Assembly (NCBI GenBank): GCA_937944405.1
Contig: CALDYR010000042.1
Location: forward strand, 3,107 to 67,106
DNA length: 64,000 nucleotides
Source of the DNA: an uncultured Pirellulaceae bacterium
GTDB lineage: Bacteria > Planctomycetota > Planctomycetia > Pirellulales > Pirellulaceae
Reading direction: 5' to 3'
Shown here one piece after another: positions 31,590 to 40,491 of this stretch; the stretch's first letter is position 1; every line of letters begins with the position of its first letter. The notes under the pieces were generated by a model that made no database searches, had not been told where the DNA came from, and worked only from the letters and a program-made list of their open reading frames with translations. A program made the translations under genes and the position numbers.

Positions 31590-32582
31590 TTACTTGGTAG
31601 CCGCTTCGGCATTTTCTTCAGTGCGTGCTTCGGCTGGTTTGGATTCGCCGGTTGCCGCTTCGCCTTCGGCGGTTTCATCATCGGCCGCTTCACCTTCGAC
31701 GGCAACCGCGTTAGGGTCGATCGTTGGGTCTTCACCGGCGACCAACTGAGCCAACCGGTAGCTCAACTTGGCGACCACTTTATGACGATTGATGTCTGAG
31801 TAGGTCGTCGCGTCGGTGGCGACTGAAATTGCGCCTTGATAATCCTTCTCACGCAACAGTTCCGCCAATCGAACCGACAGCGAATTTTCACCATCGCCGG
31901 GCAACAAGCGATCTCCTTTTTTAAGATCTTTTTTGTCAGCCGTTGGCGACAGATCGGCAAAACGAACTTCGGTGACCATTTCATTGATGTCCAGATCCGA
32001 AAGCTGATCTAAGGCCCCGTCGCCTGCTTGCCACTCGAAAGTGTCAAGGCAGATTCCAACGTTGGTGTGTCCGATTGTTTTGGCCAAAGTCAAAATCTCT
32101 TCAGCGGTTTGGATGAATTTATAATCGCCAGCAACTTTCCCCACCTTCGACGCTTGCAAGAATAAACCAGCACGCATTTCAGCATCTTTTAGCTTGTCGG
32201 CGACCTCCGAAATGCGTTCACGATGCTTTTCGAAGTTATCCTGAAACGCGAACTCCTTGGCCTGGGGCGCGATTCGGATCACGCATTGATGAGTCCCTAA
32301 CGTTTGGGCCAAGTCGATGATCGTGTCCAGCTTTTCGCTCTGTTTGGCGAATACCTCGTTGGTCGCGCCAAAATCCATCGGCATATCAAAAGTACCAAGG
32401 TCGATCCGCGCCGACTGTAAAAACTGACATGCAAACTCTTTGCCCAACGTATCGTGGCGACCGACCAAATCATTCATGTCGATCTCAACACCGTCGAACT
32501 TGTGCGTCAGCGCCAACTCAATCAGCTCGTTTTGCCGACCGGCGACGCCTAATCCGCCACTGTTGAGAATTTTGTAATGCAT
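31590..32582 (-). CDS. Sugar phosphate isomerase/epimerase-like (xylose isomerase-like TIM barrel) protein
   Basis: KFDGVEIDM, NVGICLDTFEW, RLLPGDG and YQGAISV pattern of AP_endonuc_2-like proteins, with an acidic tail. Confidence 0.75.
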   Translation of the reverse strand: MHYKILNSGGLGVAGRQNELIELALTHKFDGVEIDMNDLVGRHDTLGKEFACQFLQSARIDLGTFDMPMDFGATNEVFAKQSEKLDTIIDLAQTLGTHQCVIRIAPQAKEFAFQDNFEKHRERISEVADKLKDAEMRAGLFLQASKVGKVAGDYKFIQTAEEILTLAKTIGHTNVGICLDTFEWQAGDGALDQLSDLDINEMVTEVRFADLSPTADKKDLKKGDRLLPGDGENSLSVRLAELLREKDYQGAISVATDATTYSDINRHKVVAKLSYRLAQLVAGEDPTIDPNAVAVEGEAADDETAEGEAATGESKPAEARTEENAEAATK

Positions 32583-32905
32583 GGTTTCTCCCTAAATATC
32601 GTTTGGCCTAGCCAGCAAGCGGAGAATCGAAATTCTCGACCGCAGCTCAAAAGTGCCGCGCCAACGTGATTGAATGAGTCTGTGAAAAGCGCGAGATTAT
32701 GGCAGAGAACCCTTTTTTTTTCCAGTGTACTTGCATTTTAAAGGAGATCTTTCGCATTTAAAATTGCCACCGCTGTCGTCTTCATCCTTCTGGCTCAATA
32801 GAATTGGCAGCAGAACGTCCCCGCCGCCACCGACTCCACCATCCGGTGACGGCGGACGAGCGTCACATTTCTAAATCGCGACTTACCTTTGACGGCCCCA
32901 AAACC

Positions 32906-33874
32906 ATGCTCAAGTCTCTTTCAGCGTTTCGCAGCCGACGGCGCCCTGATGCCCTGTTTAATGATTGCCTCCTCCTGGCGCTCGGAATCTGGATGGTGGC
33001 GGCGACCGGGCTGATCTCCTCGCCTGCCAGGGCTCAAATTGCCCCCTTACTAAAAAAAAACGAACTGATTTATCTCTGGCCTGGCCTTGCCCCCGGCGAA
33101 ACTGACCGCAAATCCGGGACCGTGCAGCCTCCAAAAGCCAAAGACCCTAGCATCAATCGCATCGAAGACATTTCGGCCCCGTCGATCAAGGTCTACCCGT
33201 CGGACCGCCCCAACGGAACGGCGATTGTGATCCTGCCCGGCGGCGGTTACCGCTACGTGGTCGATAATATGGAAGGATCGGAAATGGCCCCGATTTTCAA
33301 CCCGCTGGGATTGACCGTGTTTGTCGTCAGCTACCGTGTCTCTGGTGATAAATCTCCACAAGCGTGGCGAAAACCCGTTCAGGACGCTCAGCGCGCGATC
33401 CGTTGGGTTCGCCACCACGCCGACCGCTACGCTGTCGCCCCCGACAAAGTCGGCCTGATGGGATTTTCAGCCGGCGGGCAAGCCGCCACGATCGCCACCA
33501 CCGCCACCCAAGCCTATTATAAAAGCACTGACCCGATCGACAGCCATCCTTGCGTTCCCGATTTTTCGATGCTGGTTTACCCGTGGCGGTTAGAAAGCGC
33601 CGAAGGCAAACTGCGCTCCATGATCACCGTGACACCGCAAACGCCGCCAACCTTAATCGTTCACACCCACGACGACAAATCAGCGCTATCGACCGGATCG
33701 GCCAAACTCTACCTCGCGCTCAAAGAAGCCAACGTGGAGACGGAGCTGCACATTTTTCGCAGCGGCGGCCACGGTTATGGACTTCGCAGACGGCCCAACA
33801 GCAACATTCACCGCTGGCCAGAACTGGCGGTTGACTGGTTGAGACTCTCGGGATGGGCGCGCGTCCAAGAGTAG
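32906..33874 (+). CDS. Secreted alpha/beta hydrolase (esterase, BD-FAE-like)
   Basis: PGGGY oxyanion motif, GFSAGG nucleophile, HTHDD and GGHGYG. Start uncertain (ORF opens at 32804). Confidence 0.88.
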   Translation: MLKSLSAFRSRRRPDALFNDCLLLALGIWMVAATGLISSPARAQIAPLLKKNELIYLWPGLAPGETDRKSGTVQPPKAKDPSINRIEDISAPSIKVYPSDRPNGTAIVILPGGGYRYVVDNMEGSEMAPIFNPLGLTVFVVSYRVSGDKSPQAWRKPVQDAQRAIRWVRHHADRYAVAPDKVGLMGFSAGGQAATIATTATQAYYKSTDPIDSHPCVPDFSMLVYPWRLESAEGKLRSMITVTPQTPPTLIVHTHDDKSALSTGSAKLYLALKEANVETELHIFRSGGHGYGLRRRPNSNIHRWPELAVDWLRLSGWARVQE

Positions 33875-33954
33875 CACCAGCCAAGGCCGCATGGCCACCG
33901 GTCTCCAACTTTTGCCATAGACAAGCATTTCTGGGCAGATAAGCTATGGGCTTC

Positions 33955-34160
33955 CAACGTTCAGGTGATCCCCCGGCCGCATGCCGGCGGATTAAAGGGA
34001 AGCTCGGTGAGATTCCGACACGGCCCCGCCGCTGTAATCTTCGATTGCAACATTCTTCTATCGCCATTGCCGGTATTAAAACTGCCAGCGAGAAGGCCGG
34101 ATGTTGCTGACCCGATTTCATCATCGCGTCTTGAGAAGGAGTCAGAATACCTGCCTGTCC
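33955..34160 (+). ncRNA. Cobalamin (B12) riboswitch
   Basis: Canonical elements in order: CAGGTG (33962), TTAAAGGGAA-GCTCGGTGAGATTCCGACACGGCCCCGCCGCTGTAA (33992-34037), GCCATTG (34063), GAGAAGGC (34090) and the B12 box GAGTCAGAATACCTGCC (34139-34155). P1 is CAGGT/GCCTG. Confidence 0.93.
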
Positions 34161-34210
34161 GTTTTCGACACTAACGCTCTGCGCGGGACGAGCGGTTCGA
34201 GGAACGAATT

Positions 34211-35095
34211 TTGAATATAGCTGAAAATCCAACAAGGATACTGCGCCCGAATTGCGCGATCTGTCGGGACTCGATCTGTCGGGACTCGGACTATCGGTGC
34301 GCGGTCTATCAAAAACGCCGCGGATTCACGCTCGTGGAACTGCTGGTGGTGATTGCGATAATCGGAATTTTGATCGGCATGCTGCTGCCGGCAATCCAAA
34401 GCGTACGTGAATCAGCCAGATCCATCGTCTGCCGCAACAACCTCCGCCAGATCGGGCTGGCGCTGCAAAACTACCACAGCGCATTCATGGAATTTCCTAC
34501 CGGGGTCAAAGGGTTCCGTCCCTTTGGCAGCACCGACCCCAGCAAGCTCAATCTTGCTTGGTCTGTCTTTATTCTGCCGCAACTGGAACAGGGCAATCTG
34601 TTTCAGCAAATCGACACCAATCAAGCTTACGACAGTGCCCATAACGCTGGCCCCGGTTCGCAACCGATTGCTTCTTTCCAGTGCCCCTCGGCGACCCGCG
34701 CCCCGACCACAGCAGGCGACCTGGGGATTATCGACTACGGTGGTATTTTCGGTGAACGCATCAACAGCCGCAACGATCCGCCCAAGGGGTGCATGATTTT
34801 CGATCAACCCATCACCATCAGCGCCATCACCGACGGCACTTCCAACACGCTGATCGTTGCCGAAGACAGCCAATTCAGCGACGGCCAGTGGATCAATGGT
34901 CGCAACGTTTTCGACCAAGCCTTCGCCATCAACGCGGCTCCCCCGTTTGAGAACGATATTCGCAGCAATCACCCCGGCGGGGCCAACGGCGTGTTCGCCG
35001 ACGGCCATGTCCAGTTTTTGGACGAAGCCACGGAACTGTTCACCCTGGGTGCGATTTGCACCCGCGCTACTGGCGAAACGCCAGGCATTTTTTAA
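34211..35095 (+). CDS. DUF1559 prepilin-type N-terminal cleavage/methylation, H-X9-DG protein
   Basis: KRRG|FTLVELLVVIAIIGILIGMLLPAIQ..RESAR..CRNNLRQIGLALQNYH, ITDGTSNT, HPGGANGVFADGHV; GAGGA Shine-Dalgarno 7 nt before the TTG. Confidence 0.93.
   Translation: MNIAENPTRILRPNCAICRDSICRDSDYRCAVYQKRRGFTLVELLVVIAIIGILIGMLLPAIQSVRESARSIVCRNNLRQIGLALQNYHSAFMEFPTGVKGFRPFGSTDPSKLNLAWSVFILPQLEQGNLFQQIDTNQAYDSAHNAGPGSQPIASFQCPSATRAPTTAGDLGIIDYGGIFGERINSRNDPPKGCMIFDQPITISAITDGTSNTLIVAEDSQFSDGQWINGRNVFDQAFAINAAPPFENDIRSNHPGGANGVFADGHVQFLDEATELFTLGAICTRATGETPGIF
34258..34287. repeat. Exact 15-bp tandem duplication (ICRDS x2)
   Basis: GATCTGTCGGGACTC twice, in the prepilin leader. Confidence 0.9.
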
Positions 35096-35140
35096 TTCCT
35101 ACAAACCCTTTCCATCTTTTGAAACGACAGAAACGACACC

Positions 35141-36013
35141 ATGAAAACCCTTTTTACTTCTCTGATAGCCTTTTTGATTCTGACCGCCGCAACCAGCACA
35201 GAAGCCCAGACGATCGTCGATTTCGAGGAACTCACCGTCTTTGATGCAACCCTTGCGGCCCCGTCTGGATTCCAATTGCTTGGTGCCGGCGATGTCTTTA
35301 ACGGATTTGCTGCTGGGGCTAACGTGGGGGGATTCGACAGCCAAGGAGTTTTTTTTAACAGCGCAGAAACCGCCGCCGGATTCTCGTACTCCCGTTTCGT
35401 TAACACCACTACTCCCGGGTTCACCAACCAGTTCGCAGCCTTCCCCGGTGGTGGTTCTGATGGGGCCGGCAATGCCATTGCGGGACAAAATTACGGTGTC
35501 GTATTCACCGGTTCGTCGACCTTACCCGACGGGACACCTACCAACGGAGCGAGTCTGGTTTTCGACAACTCCGCCAATCTTGACTCCATCGACATCGCTA
35601 ACACGACCTTTACCACTCAATACTTTTTGAACGGCTTTGACGGTTTCGATCCAGAACCCAATCCCCTCCAGCAGTTTACCGCAGAAGGCGATTTCCTATC
35701 TCTCATCATCGAAGGTTTTGATGCCGACGGTAATCTAACTGGTTCCAGCACCAATGACCTGGCGCGTTTCACTAGCGGCAACCTCGAATTCATCGATCAA
35801 TGGCAGACCATCGATTTAGACGGTTTTGACAACACGCAATCGCTGAGCTTCTCCTTAGCGTCGAACGACTTCGATTCAACTTTCGGATTGAACATTCCGG
35901 CTTATGTAGCCATCGACAATCTACAATTCGTTGCGGTGCCCGAACCGAACGCTGCGTGCGCTTTGTTTTGTTGTGTGTTGGCTATGGCTACGACCCGATT
36001 TAAAAGAGCGTGA
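35141..36013 (+). CDS. DUF4465-like protein with a C-terminal PEP-CTERM-type sorting signal
   Basis: Signal peptide; GFSYS..TTTPGFTNQFAAFPGGG..NYGVVF, NTT, GDFLSLIIEGFD..TG, QWQTIDL and FGLNIPAYVAIDNL (DUF4465 pattern); VPEP, hydrophobic helix, basic tail (RFKRA). Confidence 0.85.
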   Translation: MKTLFTSLIAFLILTAATSTEAQTIVDFEELTVFDATLAAPSGFQLLGAGDVFNGFAAGANVGGFDSQGVFFNSAETAAGFSYSRFVNTTTPGFTNQFAAFPGGGSDGAGNAIAGQNYGVVFTGSSTLPDGTPTNGASLVFDNSANLDSIDIANTTFTTQYFLNGFDGFDPEPNPLQQFTAEGDFLSLIIEGFDADGNLTGSSTNDLARFTSGNLEFIDQWQTIDLDGFDNTQSLSFSLASNDFDSTFGLNIPAYVAIDNLQFVAVPEPNAACALFCCVLAMATTRFKRA

Positions 36014-36040
36014 TTTTGGAAGGTTGAGCAGCCGCAAAGT

Positions 36041-36238
36041 TTAAGACTTTTTCTTCTTCCGCTTTTTATTGCTCTTTTTCCTCTGCTTAGCTTTCTTTTT
36101 CAAATCGGTGTAGTACTTTTCTTCGGTCGCTTCGTCTTTAAATGCCGGGCGTCGCGGCCGAGGGACACACACTACTAAGAAACCCAAAAACACTAACGCC
36201 GCGACCAGCGCGTACCCCAAAGTGTATTGTTCCGCCAT
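36041..36238 (-). CDS. Small single-TM protein with a Lys-rich tail
   Basis: MAEQYTLGYALVAALVFLGFLVVCVPRPRR..KKKAKQRKKSNKKRKKKKS, 65 aa from ATG 36238. Confidence 0.6.
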   Translation of the reverse strand: MAEQYTLGYALVAALVFLGFLVVCVPRPRRPAFKDEATEEKYYTDLKKKAKQRKKSNKKRKKKKS

Positions 36239-36353
36239 CTGTCGCTCCCGCAAAATGATTCGTGTTATCCGCAGTCTAATTCGAGCCACCGCCAACAGCA
36301 AGCCAGCCCCAAATGACCGATTGGCTCAATCACCGACGCTGTCTCGCCTCTTG

Positions 36354-37691
36354 TTAACCTAACTTTTCCTTTAGAAAATCGCACAGATCCTGATTGGTTT
36401 GGGTTAGCTCGAACTGGACCTGGTTTTTGTCGGCCATCGTTTTGACGCTCAGTTTGCCCTGCTCAAGTTCGTCTTTGCCGGCCACGATCACCGCACCAAA
36501 CCCTTGTCGATCAGCGTATTTCAGTTGTTGTTTCAATTTCTTGGCGTCGGGAAACACCTCGGTTTTGATTCCCTGCCGCCGCAACGAAGCCGCGATTTCC
36601 AAATAGGTGTTGAGATTTTCAGCGTCGAACTGAACCACCATCACATCCGCAGTGGTCTTCACCGGTTCGATCATTTCCAACTGCTGCATCGCGGTCAGCA
36701 ACCGATCAAGCCCCAAAGACGCACCGATGCCGGGGTACTGTTGTTTGGTGTACAACTGAGCCAGATTATCGTAACGCCCGCCTGAACATACCGAACCGAT
36801 CTCTGGTAAATCCCCCAAGAACGTCTCGAAAATCGTTCCCGTGTAATAGTCCAACCCACGCGCAATCGAAACGTCCAGCGTTAAATTTTCATCGGTAATC
36901 CCGACCGCTGATGTTGCATCGACCAACTGCTTTAACTCAACGAAGCCTTCTTCGGCAAGTTCGTTACCGGCACACAGCGGTTCCAACTGCCCCAGCACTT
37001 CTTGGTTAGAACCCGCTATCAGGGTCAGCTTCATCACGCCTTCGATTTGAGCGGCCGATGCGTTTGCGGCCTCCATCATTTCGGCCTTTACTTTTTCGGG
37101 TCCGATTTTGGCGATTTTATCCAACGCGCGAAGGACTTCGACACTGCGCTGGCCAAGGTCATTTTTTTGCAGCAATCCGTTAAGCACCTTGCGATTGTTG
37201 ATCCGAATCTTAAATCGATCAAACCCAATCGCTTTCATCAAATCAAAAATCACCAGCCCCGTTTCGATGTCGCTGGCGACCGAAGTGGTGCCGATGGTGT
37301 CAAAATCACATTGTGCGAACTCCCGATAACGGCCGGCTTGCGTGTTTTCGCCTCGCCACACCGGGCCGATGTGATAACGTTTAAACGGCATCCCCAACGC
37401 GTTGCCATGTTGGGCAATAAATCGAGCCAAAGGTACGGTCAAGTCAAACCTCATTCCCACGTCACGTTTCCCGTGGTCGATGAAACGAAACATTTGTTTG
37501 TCGGTCTCCGCGCTGCCCTTACCGCAGAGAATTTCGGCGTACTCCAACGCCGGCGTATCGATGGGCGAAAAACCGTAGCTACGGTAAACGTTCCGCGCCA
37601 CTTCCATCAACCGTTCACGCGGAATCATCGATTCGGGAAGGTAGTCGCGAAAACCTTTTAGGGTGCGTGGCTGGATAATTTGGTTGGACAT
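36354..37691 (-). CDS. hisS: Histidyl-tRNA synthetase
   Basis: LKGFRDYLP, MRFDLTVPLAR, GRYREFAQCDFD, RGLDYYTG, GGRYDNL, GLDRL. Confidence 0.97.
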   Translation of the reverse strand: MSNQIIQPRTLKGFRDYLPESMIPRERLMEVARNVYRSYGFSPIDTPALEYAEILCGKGSAETDKQMFRFIDHGKRDVGMRFDLTVPLARFIAQHGNALGMPFKRYHIGPVWRGENTQAGRYREFAQCDFDTIGTTSVASDIETGLVIFDLMKAIGFDRFKIRINNRKVLNGLLQKNDLGQRSVEVLRALDKIAKIGPEKVKAEMMEAANASAAQIEGVMKLTLIAGSNQEVLGQLEPLCAGNELAEEGFVELKQLVDATSAVGITDENLTLDVSIARGLDYYTGTIFETFLGDLPEIGSVCSGGRYDNLAQLYTKQQYPGIGASLGLDRLLTAMQQLEMIEPVKTTADVMVVQFDAENLNTYLEIAASLRRQGIKTEVFPDAKKLKQQLKYADRQGFGAVIVAGKDELEQGKLSVKTMADKNQVQFELTQTNQDLCDFLKEKLG

Positions 37692-37709
37692 GAATACTCT
37701 GGGAAAGCT

Positions 37710-38144
37710 CTAGGAAATAATGTTCAACGCCGGACGCGGCGAACGAAACGTCTCGGTACTGTGAAAAAGCGCGTTGGCGTACTCGTGCAATTGTTCCGGC
37801 GTTTCAAAATACCGATCGTAGGTGTACGATTCTTCATACTCGCATTGGTCGGTTGTATAGTCCCGACAAATTTGCGGACGTGTTTGGTAAATACCGCAAC
37901 GATGGTCGGATTGGAGATGCTTACAGGTCGTGTGCACCAATAAATACCACGTGCGCCCTTCGACAAAAATGGACGCCCGATCATGCAGCAAATACCAACG
38001 CATAAAATCAAAATCGCGCGCTGAACCGGGCGTGTCAATCGCCAACGCAAAATACCTGCAACACTTCGCGGTACAGTGGTCACACAAGTTTTCGCCTGGC
38101 TGAAGCTGGCTGCGGTCAAATGGTAGGTTAGGTTTTTGGTTCAT
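37710..38144 (-). CDS. YkgJ-family CxxCxxxCC zinc/iron-cluster protein
   Basis: CDHCTAKCC..CKHL..RCGIYQTRPQICRDY. Confidence 0.85.
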   Translation of the reverse strand: MNQKPNLPFDRSQLQPGENLCDHCTAKCCRYFALAIDTPGSARDFDFMRWYLLHDRASIFVEGRTWYLLVHTTCKHLQSDHRCGIYQTRPQICRDYTTDQCEYEESYTYDRYFETPEQLHEYANALFHSTETFRSPRPALNIIS

Positions 38145-38235
38145 CGTTGATTCGGTATATACTGCCAGTGGGCCTGCAAGACGAACTCAATAGCCTATCA
38201 AACCGCACTTCAATCTAACAGGCACACCAACTCTC

Positions 38236-39195
38236 ATGATCGCCTCGATTTTAAACGCGCTGCAACTGTTGCTGATCGTGGTGACGCCTTTTGTGCTCTT
38301 CACACTGGCCATCCACCGAATTGAAAGGTTCACCCAACACCGGTTGGCACAGCGATTTGGATGGAAAAGCATCCTCTGGACGGGATGGCTGGGCACGCCA
38401 ATCCACGAACTCAGCCACGTCGCGATGTGTGTGCTGTTTCGCCACCGGATCGACGATGTCGCCCTATTTGAACCCGACGTCCAGTCAGGGCGTTTGGGAT
38501 ACGTCCGGCACTCGTTCACCAAAGCCAACAGGTTCGAACGCGTCGGCAACGTTTTCATCGGTTTGGCACCGCTGGCGGGGGGGGCTTTGGCGCTGGCGAC
38601 ATTGTTGTGGATGTTTTATCCCAACGCCGTGGCCACCGCGATAGCGCAACAAGAAGCGCAACGGATCAAACAATCTGGCGACCCACCAATTTTTCCGGTG
38701 ACAAACGATCGCCCTGCCGGCGTCCCTGCGGGGATAGACTTCTCTACGCTGGACATCGCAGATTTGAACGCCCCGAATCCCAGCGCCGCAAAAATCGCCC
38801 CTGTGCTAACCGATTCGATCACGCAATTCTGGGACGCCACGACCACCGTGACTGGTTGTTTGTTCCATCAAATTTTCACGCCACTAAACCTGAAGACGAA
38901 ACGTTTCTGGTGCTTTGTTTACCTGACGCTGTGCGTCGGCAGCCACATGGCCCCCAGCCGTAGCGACTACGCCGGGGCGCGACATGGTGCGGTGCTATTG
39001 GGTGCGATCGTTGGAGGAAGTGTTTTACTGATTTCCGTTTTAGGATTCGATTCGATCTCCGTTTCGATCTGGCTGTTGAATTTCATCAGCCCCATTTTAG
39101 CGGTGATGATTTTGGCGATCGTATTATGCGTCGTCGCCGCGCTGCTGGTTTATGTGGTCACCATGTTGTTTCCGGTTCGTTACCAATTGCGTTAA
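38236..39195 (+). CDS. Integral membrane protein with HExxH (M50-like putative metalloprotease)
   Basis: GTPIHELSHVAMC, GYVRH, FIGLAPL, HMAPSRSD and several TM helices. Confidence 0.7.
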   Translation: MIASILNALQLLLIVVTPFVLFTLAIHRIERFTQHRLAQRFGWKSILWTGWLGTPIHELSHVAMCVLFRHRIDDVALFEPDVQSGRLGYVRHSFTKANRFERVGNVFIGLAPLAGGALALATLLWMFYPNAVATAIAQQEAQRIKQSGDPPIFPVTNDRPAGVPAGIDFSTLDIADLNAPNPSAAKIAPVLTDSITQFWDATTTVTGCLFHQIFTPLNLKTKRFWCFVYLTLCVGSHMAPSRSDYAGARHGAVLLGAIVGGSVLLISVLGFDSISVSIWLLNFISPILAVMILAIVLCVVAALLVYVVTMLFPVRYQLR

Positions 39196-39203
39196 CCGAT
39201 GAC

Positions 39204-39250
39204 GGTGACACTTTCGATGGAGACACCTTTCGATGGTGACACCTTTCAGA
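39204..39250. repeat. Intergenic 15/16-bp tandem repeat x3
   Basis: GGTGACACTTTCGAT / GGAGACACCTTTCGAT / GGTGACACCTTTCAGA. Confidence 0.8.
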
Positions 39251-39472
39251 GCGTTTTGCGAACGCAGGGCCGATTACGCCGATTGCAAAACGTTTGCCAG
39301 CCAGCAAGCAGTGACTGCACTGTCCGCTATCACTGACCGATACATTCAAAGGACACAGTGATCGAAGGAATCGAGAGACCCCAAAGTTTGGACGTCAGGG
39401 GCGCTGTCAGTCGGGACGCACGCGATGTGTAACGGCGATCGATAGCAAGTTTCACCAAAAAGGGGTCACAGT

Positions 39473-39904
39473 ATGACGCAAAAGATCATTCGCGTAATCA
39501 CCACAGCTTCGGATGGCAACCAGCGCACCAAGGAATTCGACAACTTCGATGCCATTGGGGCGATCCACGAGATGGTTGGGATCGACGACTGCAGTACCGA
39601 TCTTGAACTCCGTGGCATGCCAATTTTCCGTGGGTTGGTTGGACCGATGCCCGACGGTAAGAACGGGGTACGGTACGAGTCTCCCGATGTTTTCGAAGCG
39701 CTGACCAAAGAGTGGACGGCGATGAAACCGAAACGTCGCAAACGCCGGTCCGCCAAGGAAATGGCAGAAGCCAAAGCACTCGAAGCCGCACAGATCGCCG
39801 CTGGAAACGGTCCACTGCCCAAGAAAAAGCGTCCTCCACGGCCGCGGTTTCCCTTTGGTGCTGTCAAAGCGCCCACCGCGACAACGTCACCAGTTAATAG
39901 TTAA
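39473..39904 (+). CDS. Conserved hypothetical protein (planctomycete-type) with a basic C-terminal tail
   Basis: Globular N-half (GIDDCSTDLELRGMPIFRGLVGPM..VRYESPDVFEAL), Lys/Arg/Pro-rich tail, downstream terminator. Confidence 0.7.
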   Translation: MTQKIIRVITTASDGNQRTKEFDNFDAIGAIHEMVGIDDCSTDLELRGMPIFRGLVGPMPDGKNGVRYESPDVFEALTKEWTAMKPKRRKRRSAKEMAEAKALEAAQIAAGNGPLPKKKRPPRPRFPFGAVKAPTATTSPVNS

Positions 39905-39993
39905 CTGATTGCGTTTCCAACGAATTGGAATACAATCTCTCCTGATGAGAACATCACGGGGATCCTCCGACGGAAGCTTTGACGTTCTACACT

Positions 39994-40023
39994 GGCACCT
40001 CATCATATGGGGTGCCTTTTTTT
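39994..40023 (+). terminator. Intrinsic terminator
   Basis: GGCACCTCA-tcata-TGGGGTGCC followed by T7. Confidence 0.8.
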
Positions 40024-40491
40024 ATGTCGTGATTTTACACCGGCACCGCGCGGCGGCATCGCAGGTAGCGACCGGGGCCGTTACGTCGGCCGCTCAACGC
40101 ACCGCAAAAAAACCAACGCCGGCGATAATCTAACGGCAACAACGGGCAGTATAGTTTATGCGAACCATATTTCGATTGGCTCGTAAAGAGTTCGGCAAGG
40201 ATGCACCAGCCAACCTGAAGATCGGCTTTGTTTAGCGGACCGTTGCGACCGACCGGTTCGCTTAAGCTTTCATGGGTTGTATGGATCACGCAGTCAAAAG
40301 AACAGCGTTTTTTTTTGACGGCGGTAAAAACGTGATCTATTTTTAACCGGCCTATTATTTTAAGCGCGTGATGTGATTGCGCTTAAGCGGCCGGCACCTG
40401 ATTGACTTTGTTACGTTGCGTCTGCCTCGCTCCCAAATCTAAAGCGGTACGCGCAGCGAAGACAAGTCGCCTTCACCTCGAAAGCAGCTTT

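Noticed and set aside
39942-39990. Hammerhead ribozyme (CTGATGA core) or fluoride/glnA riboswitch resemblance
   Set aside because: There is no GAAA after a stem II, and the spacing and order of conserved nucleotides do not fit the fluoride or glnA consensus. Kept only as an unclassified structured candidate.
40330-40375. SAM-II riboswitch-like words (TTTAACCG, AAGCGCGTGAT)
   Set aside because: The 5' P1 strand needed to pair with GCGCG and the A-rich 3' tail are absent, and the downstream gene is unrelated to SAM metabolism.
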